Shown: one piece after another, positions 16,875 through 26,778 of the stretch
Layout of the letters: every line of letters begins with the position of its first letter
How positions within the stretch are numbered: position 1 is the stretch's first letter
Notes under the pieces: generated by a model
What the model saw: the letters and a program-made list of their open reading frames with translations, nothing else
What the model was told of the DNA's origin: nothing
Database searches by the model: none
Assembly (NCBI GenBank): GCA_947628515.1
Contig: CANRAG010000002.1
Location: 458-64,457, forward strand
Direction: 5' to 3'
Origin: an uncultured Clostridia bacterium
GTDB taxonomy: Bacteria > Bacillota > Clostridia > UBA1381
Length of the DNA stretch: 64,000 nucleotides
Made by a program: the position numbers and the translations under genes

Positions 16875-18764
16875 TTATTCCAACGTTACCTTTACTGATG
16901 TAACATCCTCTACGTTTCCTATCACAACGTATACCAAGACCGAACCATTGCCTGTCGCGATAGTGGGAAGGCTTACCTCACCCTTCTTGTCACCCTGACT
17001 GGTACTTGTTGCCGTAGCTACAATCTTTGTATATGAAGCATCCGCGCTTATACCGTTGACTGTTGCCTTCCAGACAGACGCATGGTCGCCATTTGTTGTG
17101 AAGTCCCTATCATGTTCAGCCGATACCGGTTCGGGCGTCACAACCGGAGGCTCATATTCACCGGTCTTTTCTATCATAACATAGTCGATGGTGTCCGTTG
17201 CGTCATTAGTGCCTTGTCCGCATATTTTTACGGATGTGCTATCTTCCGTTACGGTAAACGTCAACTCGTGAACTTTATCATCGTTACCGGTTGTTTTCGC
17301 AACATCCTCGTCGTTTATAACAATCTTCTCGCCGCGATGATTAGTTCCGCTGCCGGCCTTGGCCACAACGCTTATATACGCCTTGTACTCGCCCTTATTC
17401 AACGTTACGGTACCAATCGGTGTGTGTGCGCTATCACCGCCATATACTGCCGCTGTACCATTTGAATATGCCGTGTTTGTTCCGTTTTCTTTATCACAGT
17501 CATTGAAGTAAACAATGTTTTCGGCAGCGGTATTATATTCAACGGTATACTCGTTTGAATCCGCCAATGTAACCTGCTGTCCGTATGTGCTTGCGTCTGA
17601 TACATACCACTGATTATCAACTTTCAGATATTTCGGGTAATAATATGTCATCTGCTCGCCAACGTATTTATCCTCTAAGGTTCTTGTTGCGGAATCCGCG
17701 TTTAAATCGGTTTCGTTATCCTTATAGTTAACCTTTATGTTTGATACCTTATTATATTCTGTCTTGGTGAAATACAAACTGATTTCATTCTCGTCCGCAG
17801 TTACCGACGTTTTATTTTTCTGATTTTCACTGTCGTACTTATATACAGTTTTTACGTCCTCGCGTTTTTCAAAGTCCTGTGTATACTTGCTGTCAACAGT
17901 ATAACCTTCTCCTGCCGTTACTTTTTCGATGACTGAATCTATTAACTGATCCTCGCAATAACGCTTAATAGTTACATCACGTGCCGACTGACCTTCTATA
18001 TTGGTTATCTTAAGGTCATCAAATAAGCAATATCTATCTCCATTATCATAATTCGACCCAACCTCGAAAGATGTAACAGCACCTGCATCAGCGACTAAAT
18101 CACCTGTATACGAACTGTTGCCAACTTTAGCGGAGATCTTCTTTGTTGCATAATCCAATGTAATATCAAAATTAACTTTTTTAGCCCAATCCGCGCCATT
18201 GTTAGTATTTGAACCGTTAAAGTCACTTATCGCTATTCCAAGCGAATTTTCGGAAAAACTTGACTTATATGTATCCGCTCTTAAACTTACAAGTTTAGTT
18301 GAATCGGAATAAATATAAAAATGTGTAAATTTGCTACTCAACGGTCCCCATGCCATGTTGAAGTTTACATTAACTTTGTCTTTGGTTGTATCAATCTGTA
18401 ACGCAGCGGGAATACTAACCGTTCCTGTGGCATTTGGCAAAAGCAAATGATTTAGTCCGGCAGAATGCTTATTAGGATCTTTACCAAGCTTTATCTCATC
18501 TGTGGATATGTTATTTGAAACTGCAAGACCGCCTGTGAAATTACCGTCACCGTCTTGATATGTATATCCGTCAATTTCTGCAGACTGCAAATCCACAGTA
18601 TTGGCAAACGGAGATCCGGAATCGGTATCGCCAAAGTCTATACCAACAATCTGACCGTATTTGCTGGTTAGAGCTTCCGCATAACTTGTAACTGCAAGTC
18701 CCGTGAACACAGAACCCGCGACTGCCAACGCCGAAACGGCGCTGACCAACTTTTTAATGTTCAT
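16875..18764 (-). CDS. Secreted adhesin-like protein: signal peptide, jelly-roll (LamG/CBM-like) domain, MucBP-like repeats, CBM-like domain, short Pro-rich linker, ~85-aa C-terminal domain
   Basis: 629 aa. Signal peptide MNIKKLVSAVSALAVAGSVFTGLAVTSYAEA. ...GDRYCLFDDLKITNIE resembles the end of a lectin-fold domain. Repeats such as VTIKRYCEDQLI... and IKVNYKDNETDL... follow. The C-terminus ...ASVWKATVNG...GNGSVLVYVVIGNVEDVTSVKVTLE loosely resembles the C-terminal domain of the 602/625-aa proteins. The gene is visibly more AT-rich than its flanks. Confidence 0.7.
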   Translation of the reverse strand: MNIKKLVSAVSALAVAGSVFTGLAVTSYAEALTSKYGQIVGIDFGDTDSGSPFANTVDLQSAEIDGYTYQDGDGNFTGGLAVSNNISTDEIKLGKDPNKHSAGLNHLLLPNATGTVSIPAALQIDTTKDKVNVNFNMAWGPLSSKFTHFYIYSDSTKLVSLRADTYKSSFSENSLGIAISDFNGSNTNNGADWAKKVNFDITLDYATKKISAKVGNSSYTGDLVADAGAVTSFEVGSNYDNGDRYCLFDDLKITNIEGQSARDVTIKRYCEDQLIDSVIEKVTAGEGYTVDSKYTQDFEKREDVKTVYKYDSENQKNKTSVTADENEISLYFTKTEYNKVSNIKVNYKDNETDLNADSATRTLEDKYVGEQMTYYYPKYLKVDNQWYVSDASTYGQQVTLADSNEYTVEYNTAAENIVYFNDCDKENGTNTAYSNGTAAVYGGDSAHTPIGTVTLNKGEYKAYISVVAKAGSGTNHRGEKIVINDEDVAKTTGNDDKVHELTFTVTEDSTSVKICGQGTNDATDTIDYVMIEKTGEYEPPVVTPEPVSAEHDRDFTTNGDHASVWKATVNGISADASYTKIVATATSTSQGDKKGEVSLPTIATGNGSVLVYVVIGNVEDVTSVKVTLE

Positions 18765-18850
18765 ATGTTTTCTCTCCTCTCATTATAATGAGTAAATTTA
18801 AACATCTCAAACCGGACGAGAATCCCCGCTCGTCCGACAGATATATTTAT

Positions 18851-18879
18851 AATATATAAATAACGCCAAAGCGCGTCAA
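18851..18879 (-). promoter_or_regulatory. Sigma-A-type promoter of the 629-aa gene (TTGACG-N17-TATATT)
   Basis: Minus-strand reading: -35 TTGACG (18879-18874), a 17-nt spacer, -10 TATATT (18856-18851). The leader contains an 8-bp hairpin, CGGACGAG/CTCGTCCG (18813-18836). Confidence 0.4.
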
Positions 18880-19018
18880 TCCCCTCCGCGCTCCGCGGTA
18901 TTTATCACTCATTAATACAGTTACTGTTCGGCTATGAAGTGATCTGCGCGTTATTATGCCGGTTGCTTTAGCAATTAACAAAACCGGACGGGCTTATTCG
19001 CAAACACTGTTTGGCAGA

Positions 19019-19042
19019 CTTTAACTTAGTCGGACAGGTGAA
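19019..19042. repeat. Right arm (core 24 nt) of the inverted repeat: CTTTAACTTAGTCGGACAGGTGAA
   Basis: See 16015-16038. It lies about 140 nt upstream of the -35 of the 629-aa gene. On the plus strand it is followed by the hairpin ATATCCGCCG...CGGCGGATAT (19053-19084). Confidence 0.85.
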
Positions 19043-19232
19043 CTGTAACTTAATATCCGCCGCCAATCCCTTTACGGCGGATATTACCACACTTTTATTA
19101 TACCCCCAATCCCATGGACATGTCAATTAGTCTTTATGCACAAAATGGAATGGAGTTTTTGTATACTTCTGACAAAATCCCCATTCCTGTGTATCTTAGG
19201 TATGTGCACATGAAACATGCGTTACCCACGCC

Positions 19233-19985
19233 TTATTTAATTACCAGCTCCACCGGACAATGGTCCGAGCCGAAAACATCGTCGTGTATATCCGCGCTTA
19301 TAAGTCTGTGCTTTAGCGCGTCAGATACTATAAAATAGTCGATACGCCAGCCCGCGTTCTTTTCGCGTGCCTTAAACATATACGACCACCACGAATATCT
19401 GCCGGTCGCGTCGGGGTGGAAATATCTGAACGTGTCGATAAATCCGCTGTCCAAAAGCTCGGTCATTTTGCCGCGTTCCTCGTCGGTAAAGCCCGCGTTG
19501 CGCCTGTTGGTTTTGGGGTTTTTAAGGTCAATTTCATTATGCGCCACATTCAGGTCGCCGCACATGATTACGTGCTTTGTTCGGTCAAGCTTTTTCAGAT
19601 ACTCCCGCATCGCGTCCTCCCATACCATTCGGTAATCCAGCCGCAAAAGCTCGCGCTTTGAATTGGGAGTGTAGCAGGTTACGACATAGAAATCGTCAAA
19701 TTCCGCTGTTATAACCCTGCCTTCATGGTCGTGTTCCTCAATACCGATACCGAACGAGACGGAAATCGGCTCGGTTCTTGTAAACAACGCCGTTCCCGAA
19801 TATCCCTTCTTTTCAGCCGAGTTCCAATACTGCCTATACCCCGGCAGGTCAAGCTCGATCTGCCCCTCTTGCAGCTTTGTTTCCTGCAGGCAGAACACGT
19901 CCGCGTCCGCCCTGTTAAAATAGTCCATAAAGCCCTTTGTCACGCAGGCTCTTAATCCGTTTACATTCCATGATATAAGCTTCAC
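19233..19985 (-). CDS. xth: Exodeoxyribonuclease III (AP endonuclease, EEP fold)
   Basis: 250 aa with [26 protein letters not shown] and GSDHCPV. The GTG start overlaps the stop of the upstream RNase H gene (GTGA). Confidence 0.9.
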   Translation of the reverse strand: MKLISWNVNGLRACVTKGFMDYFNRADADVFCLQETKLQEGQIELDLPGYRQYWNSAEKKGYSGTALFTRTEPISVSFGIGIEEHDHEGRVITAEFDDFYVVTCYTPNSKRELLRLDYRMVWEDAMREYLKKLDRTKHVIMCGDLNVAHNEIDLKNPKTNRRNAGFTDEERGKMTELLDSGFIDTFRYFHPDATGRYSWWSYMFKAREKNAGWRIDYFIVSDALKHRLISADIHDDVFGSDHCPVELVIK

Positions 19986-20593
19986 GATACCCCTCCGTCC
20001 TTATCTATTCCCAACGCTTCCTTCGCCAGCCTGTCCGCCATGTCGTTGTACTTGTCGCCCGAATGTCCCTTTACCTTGACAAAGCGGACGTCAACCTTAT
20101 TCTTAACAAAATCATAGTACTCCTTGTACCGCGTTGTTCCTTCCTTGTTGGTTTTCCATTCGCCGGTGCACCATTTTTCTATTCCGGCATAGTCATAGTA
20201 AATATCGAGCTTTTCTATGCCGTTTTCAACACAGCAGCGCATTGCCTCCGCCGCGCCGCGTATCTCGCCCGCGACATTGCGCATAACCGCCATGGCAGCG
20301 TCACAAAACGCCTCGTTTCGGGTTATTTCCTCTCCGTTATAAAACAGAACCATACCGTAGGAAAACCTGCCGGTTCCCGCATCATAGCTGCCGTCAACAT
20401 AAGCTGTGGCAGCACCCGCGCGCGGCGCAGTGCCGCGAGGGGCGCCGCTTAAATACGCCTCCGCTTCCGCTAACGTTTCAAATCCCTTAAACTCCGCGCC
20501 GCCAAAACCCGTCACCTGTCTTTGACATTCGGGCCATGTATTAAAAATTCCCGTTTCCCTGCCGTTTTTTACGGCGTAAAATTTCTTTGCCAT
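19982..20593 (-). CDS. RNase H1-type ribonuclease with N-terminal hybrid-binding (viroplasmin-like) domain
   Basis: [46 protein letters not shown] is the RNase H1 HBD. It is followed by ATAYVDGSY...[20 protein letters not shown], the RNase H catalytic core. ATG 20593 is the likely start; the track start at 20641 lies inside deoR. Confidence 0.8.
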   Translation of the reverse strand: MAKKFYAVKNGRETGIFNTWPECQRQVTGFGGAEFKGFETLAEAEAYLSGAPRGTAPRAGAATAYVDGSYDAGTGRFSYGMVLFYNGEEITRNEAFCDAAMAVMRNVAGEIRGAAEAMRCCVENGIEKLDIYYDYAGIEKWCTGEWKTNKEGTTRYKEYYDFVKNKVDVRFVKVKGHSGDKYNDMADRLAKEALGIDKDGGVS

Positions 20594-20597
20594 ATAT

Positions 20598-21362
20598 CTA
20601 AACTGTAATAACCTTAACTCCCGACTCCCGCATCGCGTCATGCCATTCCCTGTCCGGACATATATCCGTTATAAATGTGTCTATTTTGTCGATTGCCGAA
20701 ATAACGGGAATTCCCTTTTTGCCCAGCTTGCTGCGGTCGCACAGAAATATCGCCGAGTCCGACGACTCCATCATAGCGCGCTTTATTTCCGCCTCGTCCT
20801 CCGACGCGTCCGTCATTCCTCGCGAAATCGTGACGCCCTTGCAGGAGAAGAAAAACTTGTTCGCGACAAGGTTTTCCTTTATCATCCGTTCGGCAAATCT
20901 GCCGACATACGACATGTTCCGCGTATTGAGCCGTCCGCCCGTGCATATAATTCTTATATTATCACATTCTTCAAGCTCTAAAACTATATTTACGGCGTTG
21001 GTTATAACCGTGAGTCCTTTCTTGTTTTTTATATTCCTTGCGAGCCATAATGACGATGTGCTCGCGTCAAGAAAAATTGTTTCGCCGTTTTTTATCATCT
21101 CCGCGGCGCGCTCGCCTATCTTCTGCTTCGCCTCGGCATTTACAACATCTCTGTCCTTATAGCTAAGCTCCGAGCCGGAGCTGCCGCAAAGCGTCGCGCC
21201 GCCGTAGGTGCGCACAAGTACGCCCTGCTTTTCAAGCTTTAACAAATCGCCGCGTATTGTCTCCGGCGTAACGTCAAACTGTTTCGCAAGGTCGGTTACA
21301 AGCACGCTCTTATTTTCGGTTATAATTTCCTCTATTCTTGAACGTCGTTCTACCGCAAGCAT
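20598..21362 (-). CDS. DeoR-family transcriptional regulator
   Basis: 254 aa. RRSRIEEIITENKSVLVTDLAKQFDVTPETIRGDLLKLEKQGVLVRTYGGA is the DeoR HTH, followed by a DeoR C-terminal sensor domain. Confidence 0.85.
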   Translation of the reverse strand: MLAVERRSRIEEIITENKSVLVTDLAKQFDVTPETIRGDLLKLEKQGVLVRTYGGATLCGSSGSELSYKDRDVVNAEAKQKIGERAAEMIKNGETIFLDASTSSLWLARNIKNKKGLTVITNAVNIVLELEECDNIRIICTGGRLNTRNMSYVGRFAERMIKENLVANKFFFSCKGVTISRGMTDASEDEAEIKRAMMESSDSAIFLCDRSKLGKKGIPVISAIDKIDTFITDICPDREWHDAMRESGVKVITV

Positions 21363-21365
21363 TTC

Positions 21366-22085
21366 CTATTCCCCTTTGCCCGTTTTAATCGCCTCTGCCA
21401 GGTCAAGATCGCCGGTATACAGAGCGCGGCCGGTAATCACTCCCTCAACGCCCGTGCGGGCAAGCAACCTAATATGCTCTATATTGCCCACGCCGCCGGA
21501 CGCTATCACGTCCATGCTTACGCTTTTTACCATTTCACACATCGCTCCGACATTCGGTCCCGCAAGCGTTCCGTCCGTTGCGATATCCGTGTATACGATT
21601 GTCCTTACGCCCAAATCCTCCATCATTTTCGCAAACTCTACAGCCTTGAACTTCGAGGTTCTTTCCCAGCCCTCAACCGCTGCCATGCCGTCCTTTGCGT
21701 CTATGCCTATTACAATTTTATCACCGTATCTGCTGACGGCCTCCTTTACAAATTCGGGGCTTGACACCGCTTTCGTGCCTATGATTACGCGGCTTATTCC
21801 GCAGGCAAGCTTCGCTTCGATATCCTCCATCGTCCGTATTCCGCCGCCGGTCTGAACCGGAACCGAAACGGCTCCGCAAATCCTTTCTATCGCTTCGGCA
21901 TTCACTCCATGCCCCTTTAGCGCGCCGTCGAGGTCTACGACATGTATAAACTCGCCGCCTTGGGCCTCCCATTGCCTCGCCGTCTCCGCCGGGTTATCGC
22001 CGTATACGGTAACGTTGTCAAAACGCCCCCTTAAAAGCCTTACGCACTTACCATCCTTTATATCTATAGCCGGATAAATTCTCAT
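21366..22085 (-). CDS. hisA: ProFAR isomerase HisA
   Basis: MRIYPAIDIKDGKCVRLLRGRFDNVTVYGDNP...FIHVVDLDGA...GGGIR...SGGVG is a typical HisA TIM barrel. 239 aa. Confidence 0.9.
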   Translation of the reverse strand: MRIYPAIDIKDGKCVRLLRGRFDNVTVYGDNPAETARQWEAQGGEFIHVVDLDGALKGHGVNAEAIERICGAVSVPVQTGGGIRTMEDIEAKLACGISRVIIGTKAVSSPEFVKEAVSRYGDKIVIGIDAKDGMAAVEGWERTSKFKAVEFAKMMEDLGVRTIVYTDIATDGTLAGPNVGAMCEMVKSVSMDVIASGGVGNIEHIRLLARTGVEGVITGRALYTGDLDLAEAIKTGKGE

Positions 22086-22116
22086 ATACCGGTACTCCTT
22101 TCATAAAAACCGCCGT

Positions 22117-22755
22117 TTAATTAGTTGTTTTATCCATGAACGCCTTAACCATTTCCATTATGCGTTCTCTTTCCATCTTCATGCTCACCTTGTTGACAAC
22201 AAAGCGCGCGCTTAGAGGGCATACCGTCTCCAATACGTCAAGGCCGTTTTCGTGAAGAGTCGCGCCCGTCTCTACAATATCCACTATTACATCCGAAAGC
22301 CCCACGAGCGGACCTAACTCAACGGAGCCGTTAAGCTTTATAATATCTATGGTCTGTCCCTTTTTGTCCTGGAAATACGCTCTTGCAATATTGGGATACT
22401 TTGACGCGACCTTCAAATTTGCAATCTCGTCAAGCTTCCCCTTGAGCTCCGGTCTGCCGCATACGCACATGCTGCACGCGCCAAAGCCCAAATCCACCAT
22501 TTCATATATGTTTCGGTTTTCCTCAAGCAGCGTGTCCTTGCCCACTATACCTATATCCGCCGCGCCGTACTCGACATATGTCGGCACGTCCGAAGCCTTT
22601 ACGAGAATAAACTTCATCTTGTTCGCCTCATCGGTGAATATAAGCTTTCTCGACTTCTCTTTCATTTCCGAACAGTCCATGCCTATTGATATAAATATAT
22701 CCATTGCCAGCTCCGCAAGCCGTCCCTTTGCAAGAGCCACGGTTAAATATCTCAT
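22117..22755 (-). CDS. hisG: ATP phosphoribosyltransferase, short (HisZ-dependent) form
   Basis: 212 aa with [10 protein letters not shown]..., [26 protein letters not shown] and [14 protein letters not shown]. The length is typical of HisG-S. Confidence 0.9.
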   Translation of the reverse strand: MRYLTVALAKGRLAELAMDIFISIGMDCSEMKEKSRKLIFTDEANKMKFILVKASDVPTYVEYGAADIGIVGKDTLLEENRNIYEMVDLGFGACSMCVCGRPELKGKLDEIANLKVASKYPNIARAYFQDKKGQTIDIIKLNGSVELGPLVGLSDVIVDIVETGATLHENGLDVLETVCPLSARFVVNKVSMKMERERIMEMVKAFMDKTTN

Positions 22756-22795
22756 CTGTAATTTATCCTTTCAATTCAAAGTATACGAAACCCGT

Positions 22796-24094
22796 TTACA
22801 TTCTGCGAAATCCCAAATCCTGCGGAGTCGGCTCCGGCTCGAACGCGTCGCCGTAGCCCAAGAACTCGTTTACGGTCGTGTCTATGGTATCCTCCCGCTC
22901 CAAATCATAAACAGTAAGCCTTCCGTCGGGGTATACGCGCAGTATGCAGGTGTTGTTCGTCGCCCTTGCGTATTCCTCCGACTCCTCAAAGCCGCCGCCG
23001 CTTATATACATCTCCGTAAGGCAGCCGTTTACTCTGAGATTTGACGCAAGCTCATATCCGAGCCCTTCGGCGTTCCTTTCGGCATATACAAGCGTTGACG
23101 GGACATCGGCGGTCTCGCCCTTATACACCTGCATAATTCTGTTTATGCCTATCGCGCAGCCCACCGCGCCCTTAGGCGAGCCGAAGCTGCCCATTAAATT
23201 ATCATAGCGTCCTCCCGCGGCTATGGGGAAGCCCACACCGTAGGTATAGCACTTGAAAATAGAGCCGGTGTAATAGTCTATGCTCTGGAGCATACCTAAA
23301 TCGAGGGATATATACTTCTCAAATCCGTAAAGCGTGAGAAGGTCATAAATACTTTTGAGGTTGTCGAGCGCGACCTTTGAGGTTTCGTTAAGTCCCGCAA
23401 CATTTGCGCGCTCTATTATTGACGCGTCGCCGAAAAGATAAGGCAGGTCGATCATGACATTCTTTATGTTTTCCTCAATCTTAAGCTTGTCCACAATGTT
23501 CTTAATTCCCTGTGAGTCCTTTGAATCTATTCTTTCACGAAGCTTTTCGGTCATTTCTCCGTCAAGTCCAAGCTGCTCGACAAGTCCGTTAAAAAACGCG
23601 ACCTGTCCAATCTCCATGGAAAATTCCTCTATGCCGAGCGCGAGCATGGCCTCCATCGCCGCCGCAATCACCTCCGCGTCGGCTTTCGCGCTGTACGAGC
23701 CAATAAGCTCGATACCGCTCTGCGTAATCTCACGGCGGCGCACACCCTCCGTATGCTCGGCGCGGAACACGCTGCCGGTATACATATATCGAACCGGAAG
23801 CTGTAAATTCTGACCTTTGGTTGCCGTCATTCTCGCAATGGATGTGGTGAAATCGGGGCGAAGCGCAAGTATTCTGCCCTGCTCGTCAAAGAACTTGTAC
23901 AGCTTCTCCTGCGAAATCTGTCCTTTTTCGCTGCTGTAGCAGTCGTAGTATTCAAACGACGGCGACTCTATCTCCTTATATCCGAAGGAGGCGAAAACAG
24001 TCCATATAGTGCTTTCAATATCCTTTTTAACCGCACATTCCCCCGGAAGAACATCGCTCACGCCGTTCGGCGTATGTAATTTCCAATCAGGCAT
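22796..24094 (-). CDS. hisZ: ATP phosphoribosyltransferase regulatory subunit HisZ (HisRS paralogue)
   Basis: 432 aa with a class-II HisRS-like fold (GVSDVLP, GGRYDNL, DYYTG). Motif 2 is degenerate: FRAEHTEGVRRREITQSG rather than FRYERPQ.GR. It sits directly upstream of a short-form hisG. An authentic hisS cannot be fully excluded. Confidence 0.65.
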   Translation of the reverse strand: MPDWKLHTPNGVSDVLPGECAVKKDIESTIWTVFASFGYKEIESPSFEYYDCYSSEKGQISQEKLYKFFDEQGRILALRPDFTTSIARMTATKGQNLQLPVRYMYTGSVFRAEHTEGVRRREITQSGIELIGSYSAKADAEVIAAAMEAMLALGIEEFSMEIGQVAFFNGLVEQLGLDGEMTEKLRERIDSKDSQGIKNIVDKLKIEENIKNVMIDLPYLFGDASIIERANVAGLNETSKVALDNLKSIYDLLTLYGFEKYISLDLGMLQSIDYYTGSIFKCYTYGVGFPIAAGGRYDNLMGSFGSPKGAVGCAIGINRIMQVYKGETADVPSTLVYAERNAEGLGYELASNLRVNGCLTEMYISGGGFEESEEYARATNNTCILRVYPDGRLTVYDLEREDTIDTTVNEFLGYGDAFEPEPTPQDLGFRRM

Positions 24095-24174
24095 ATTCTT
24101 GTTTCCTTTCCGTAACCCCCTTCGCCGCGCGATACGCGGCGCTCCCGCTTAGGGGAGTTCGGGGTAATTAATAT

Positions 24175-24825
24175 TTATATTTCAAACGGCTTTGCAAGCC
24201 CCGCTCGCTCAACAAGCTCGTTTGCGCGTTTTAGCTGTTTAAAGCGGTATTCGGTTATGTCGTGCGTATCCGAACCGACGCTCACTCCCACTCCGGCGCG
24301 CTTTATCGCTCCGCGCTTTGCCGCGTTTGTGAGAAAATCATAATAGCAGTTATAGTTTCCCGACGTGTTAAGCTCCCAGAAAATACGCTCCGACCGAAGC
24401 ACCTCCGGCATGTCAAGACCGTAACGCTCGCCGAGCGCGAATATATCGCAATGCGCGAGTCCCACCGGGCAGCTGTACCGGCGCCGCCACGAAACAAACT
24501 CAAAAAAGTCCATCGCGCGAAAATCGTCAAGACTTTCAAACAGAACATAGTCAAGCTTTTCTATATCATACGTAAGCAAATCGTCCGGACGCGGGCGCGT
24601 GCCTATTTCAAGCCCCGCCAAAACCTTTATGTATCCAAAATATTTGCGCTTACATTCCGTAAGCTTTTCTATATACTCGCCCATATTCCCGCTGCCTATG
24701 GAAAACTGGTGGTCGGTTATTCCCACGACGTCAACGCCGTGATAGATGGCGTTCTCTATAACCTGCTCTGCGGAATTTACTCCGTCATAGCTGAATACCG
24801 TATGGTTATGCAAATCCATTATCAT
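24175..24825 (-). CDS. PHP-domain metal-dependent phosphoesterase, possibly histidinol-phosphatase
   Basis: 216 aa. MDLHNHTVFSYDG...VDVVGITDHQF...GSDTHD are PHP His/Asp motifs. The assignment to His biosynthesis rests only on adjacency to hisZGA. Confidence 0.55.
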   Translation of the reverse strand: MIMDLHNHTVFSYDGVNSAEQVIENAIYHGVDVVGITDHQFSIGSGNMGEYIEKLTECKRKYFGYIKVLAGLEIGTRPRPDDLLTYDIEKLDYVLFESLDDFRAMDFFEFVSWRRRYSCPVGLAHCDIFALGERYGLDMPEVLRSERIFWELNTSGNYNCYYDFLTNAAKRGAIKRAGVGVSVGSDTHDITEYRFKQLKRANELVERAGLAKPFEI

Positions 24826-24945
24826 ATAAAACGCCCTCCTTTCGCCGGTTTTTCATACTATTACTATTTTATTATAGCACTCAAGCGGTGATTTTGCAAT
24901 AGCAAATGAAAAATCTCCCGAACTTCTGTCCGGAAGATTTTAAAA

Positions 24946-26490
24946 TCAGTCTATGGTTATCACCGGCGGGAGCGAGGTCGCGTGTCCCACAAACTCATCG
25001 AGCGCCGGAGCCATATCCTTCGTATCAAACTTACTTGTATTATCGCGGTACTCGTCGTCGCCCTCGTATTTTGCGAGAAATTCTATAAGCTTTACATACA
25101 TATCCCGCTGCTTGTTAAACACATCGTATGTATAATCCTCGCACAGCTTGTTTGCCATTGCGGCGGCGTCGCGCGCATCCAACATTTTCTTATCCGATTT
25201 TTCCGTGGCGGCTATAAGGCTGTCCTCATAGGCGAGGAAAAATTCCTTTACCGCGTTCCCGTAAAGGCTGCGGTTCAGTCCGCACAGCACGTTTAGCGCC
25301 CGCGCGTTCCAATACATTGAATACTCGTCATACCCTTTTGAGTCCACCTTGCACATATACGGGGTGTCGGTCATTGCGGCCGCATAATACGGCACAAACG
25401 GAGCAAACTCGCTGTTTGCCATACACAGCCACTCTATGCACCCCGCCTCGACCGGCATATCCGGCCGTATCTGCAATATGTGGCACTCCTCCTGCCTTGC
25501 GGTAGCTATAGCTCTTACGTACTTGTTGCCGGGTATGTTAAGACTGTACTTGGTGTCCTCATAGCGGTAACGCGTAACGTTCATTACGTCCTTAACCGTT
25601 ATCTTTTGCGTGGGTTTAAACAAGAGGTCGTACTCCGTTTTATACGGATCCGCCCACATAACGCCGTGAAGTATTCTTCTTCCGCCCCATATGCGGATTG
25701 AGTTCGAATCCTTCTCCTCCTCCGCGTATGTCTCCCGCAAATTCATAGCGCCGCTTTTCGGCTTTATAAATCCCTTGGATTTCGGCAGATTTTCTATATC
25801 AGCCGAAGCGATAACGTCTTCGGAATTAAAATCCACAACATTTAACATGTAAGCGTTGGGAATAACTGCCGCTTTGTCCGGCGGCAGCTTTATCGCCGCG
25901 TACTGATGCCCGGTATATATTTCCATATACCACGCCTCGTTCCTATCCGCAACCATGATTATATTGCCCTCGCCGGAGCCGTATTTGTCCACAATATCGG
26001 CGATAATCTCTATTCCTTCCCGCGCCGTCGCCGCTCTTGAAAGAATGAGGTCGTTTACGGAAAGCTCATACAGTCCGTCCGTCACAAACGGGTCCGCCGC
26101 TATGGCGCGCGCGTTGGGATACGCGGTTATGGTAGACGTTGCCGCGACGCCCATTTCGTTAAATCCCGCCTCGCCGAACGGAGTTTCGCCCATGCCGCGC
26201 TCGGACGAGCCGGGAACCGCCGTATATCTGTATGTATGCTCCGGATACCCGACGCTCAAACCGTTAGCGTCGGTATAACATTCGCCCGGCTCATGCGACT
26301 GCGCAGGATGCACAATAAAGCGCTTGCTCTCGTCGCTGTACATATCCTCCGTTCTCGCTATCATTACCGAGCCGTCTGATGAAGCATCCTTTCCTATATA
26401 AATGCCCGTGCAGGCATTTACGGACGCCGACGCGAAGCGCGTAAACAACGCCGCGCAAAACAGCGCTCCGAACACCTTCTTAAAATTCAT
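24946..26490 (-). CDS. Secreted C69-family dipeptidase
   Basis: 514 aa. A signal peptide is followed by ACTGIYIGKDASSDGSVMIARTED, the N-terminal nucleophile Cys block of peptidase C69. A TTGACA-N18-TATAAA promoter sits about 30-60 nt upstream. Confidence 0.8.
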   Translation of the reverse strand: MNFKKVFGALFCAALFTRFASASVNACTGIYIGKDASSDGSVMIARTEDMYSDESKRFIVHPAQSHEPGECYTDANGLSVGYPEHTYRYTAVPGSSERGMGETPFGEAGFNEMGVAATSTITAYPNARAIAADPFVTDGLYELSVNDLILSRAATAREGIEIIADIVDKYGSGEGNIIMVADRNEAWYMEIYTGHQYAAIKLPPDKAAVIPNAYMLNVVDFNSEDVIASADIENLPKSKGFIKPKSGAMNLRETYAEEEKDSNSIRIWGGRRILHGVMWADPYKTEYDLLFKPTQKITVKDVMNVTRYRYEDTKYSLNIPGNKYVRAIATARQEECHILQIRPDMPVEAGCIEWLCMANSEFAPFVPYYAAAMTDTPYMCKVDSKGYDEYSMYWNARALNVLCGLNRSLYGNAVKEFFLAYEDSLIAATEKSDKKMLDARDAAAMANKLCEDYTYDVFNKQRDMYVKLIEFLAKYEGDDEYRDNTSKFDTKDMAPALDEFVGHATSLPPVITID

Positions 26491-26778
26491 ACGTATAACA
26501 TGCCTTTCAAATAAATCTGATGTTTTTATAATAACTTAAAAACGTCTTTTTGTCAAGTGCATATGAATTTTGAACCATATTGTTTTGTATGTAAAATAAT
26601 ACCATTTGCCGGCGTCAACTATTCGTTTGATCAGTCCTCACCGAACAGAGCACCGTCGTTAAAACGCGTTTATAGCAGATTGAGCATACGGCATGATAAG
26701 TCATTGTTTTTTGCTATCATATAGCCTTTAAGGGAGAGAAATTTCAGTAGCGCCGTATGCTCAACTTGCAAGCTGATA

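Noticed and set aside
19114-19338. 74-aa plus-strand ORF downstream of the right repeat arm
   Set aside because: It has no RBS, and half of it overlaps the 3' end of xth on the other strand.
24095-24174. Possible T-box or His attenuator upstream of hisZ
   Set aside because: Only about 80 nt are available, and I see no specifier/T-box sequence or His-codon leader peptide. It is just a GC hairpin that may terminate the upstream PHP gene.
26563-26724. 53-codon plus-strand ORF (MNFEPYCFVCK...) in the dipeptidase upstream region
   Set aside because: It has no RBS. Its ATG sits inside the minus-strand TTGACA/TATAAA promoter region, and it has no resemblance to P1/P2.
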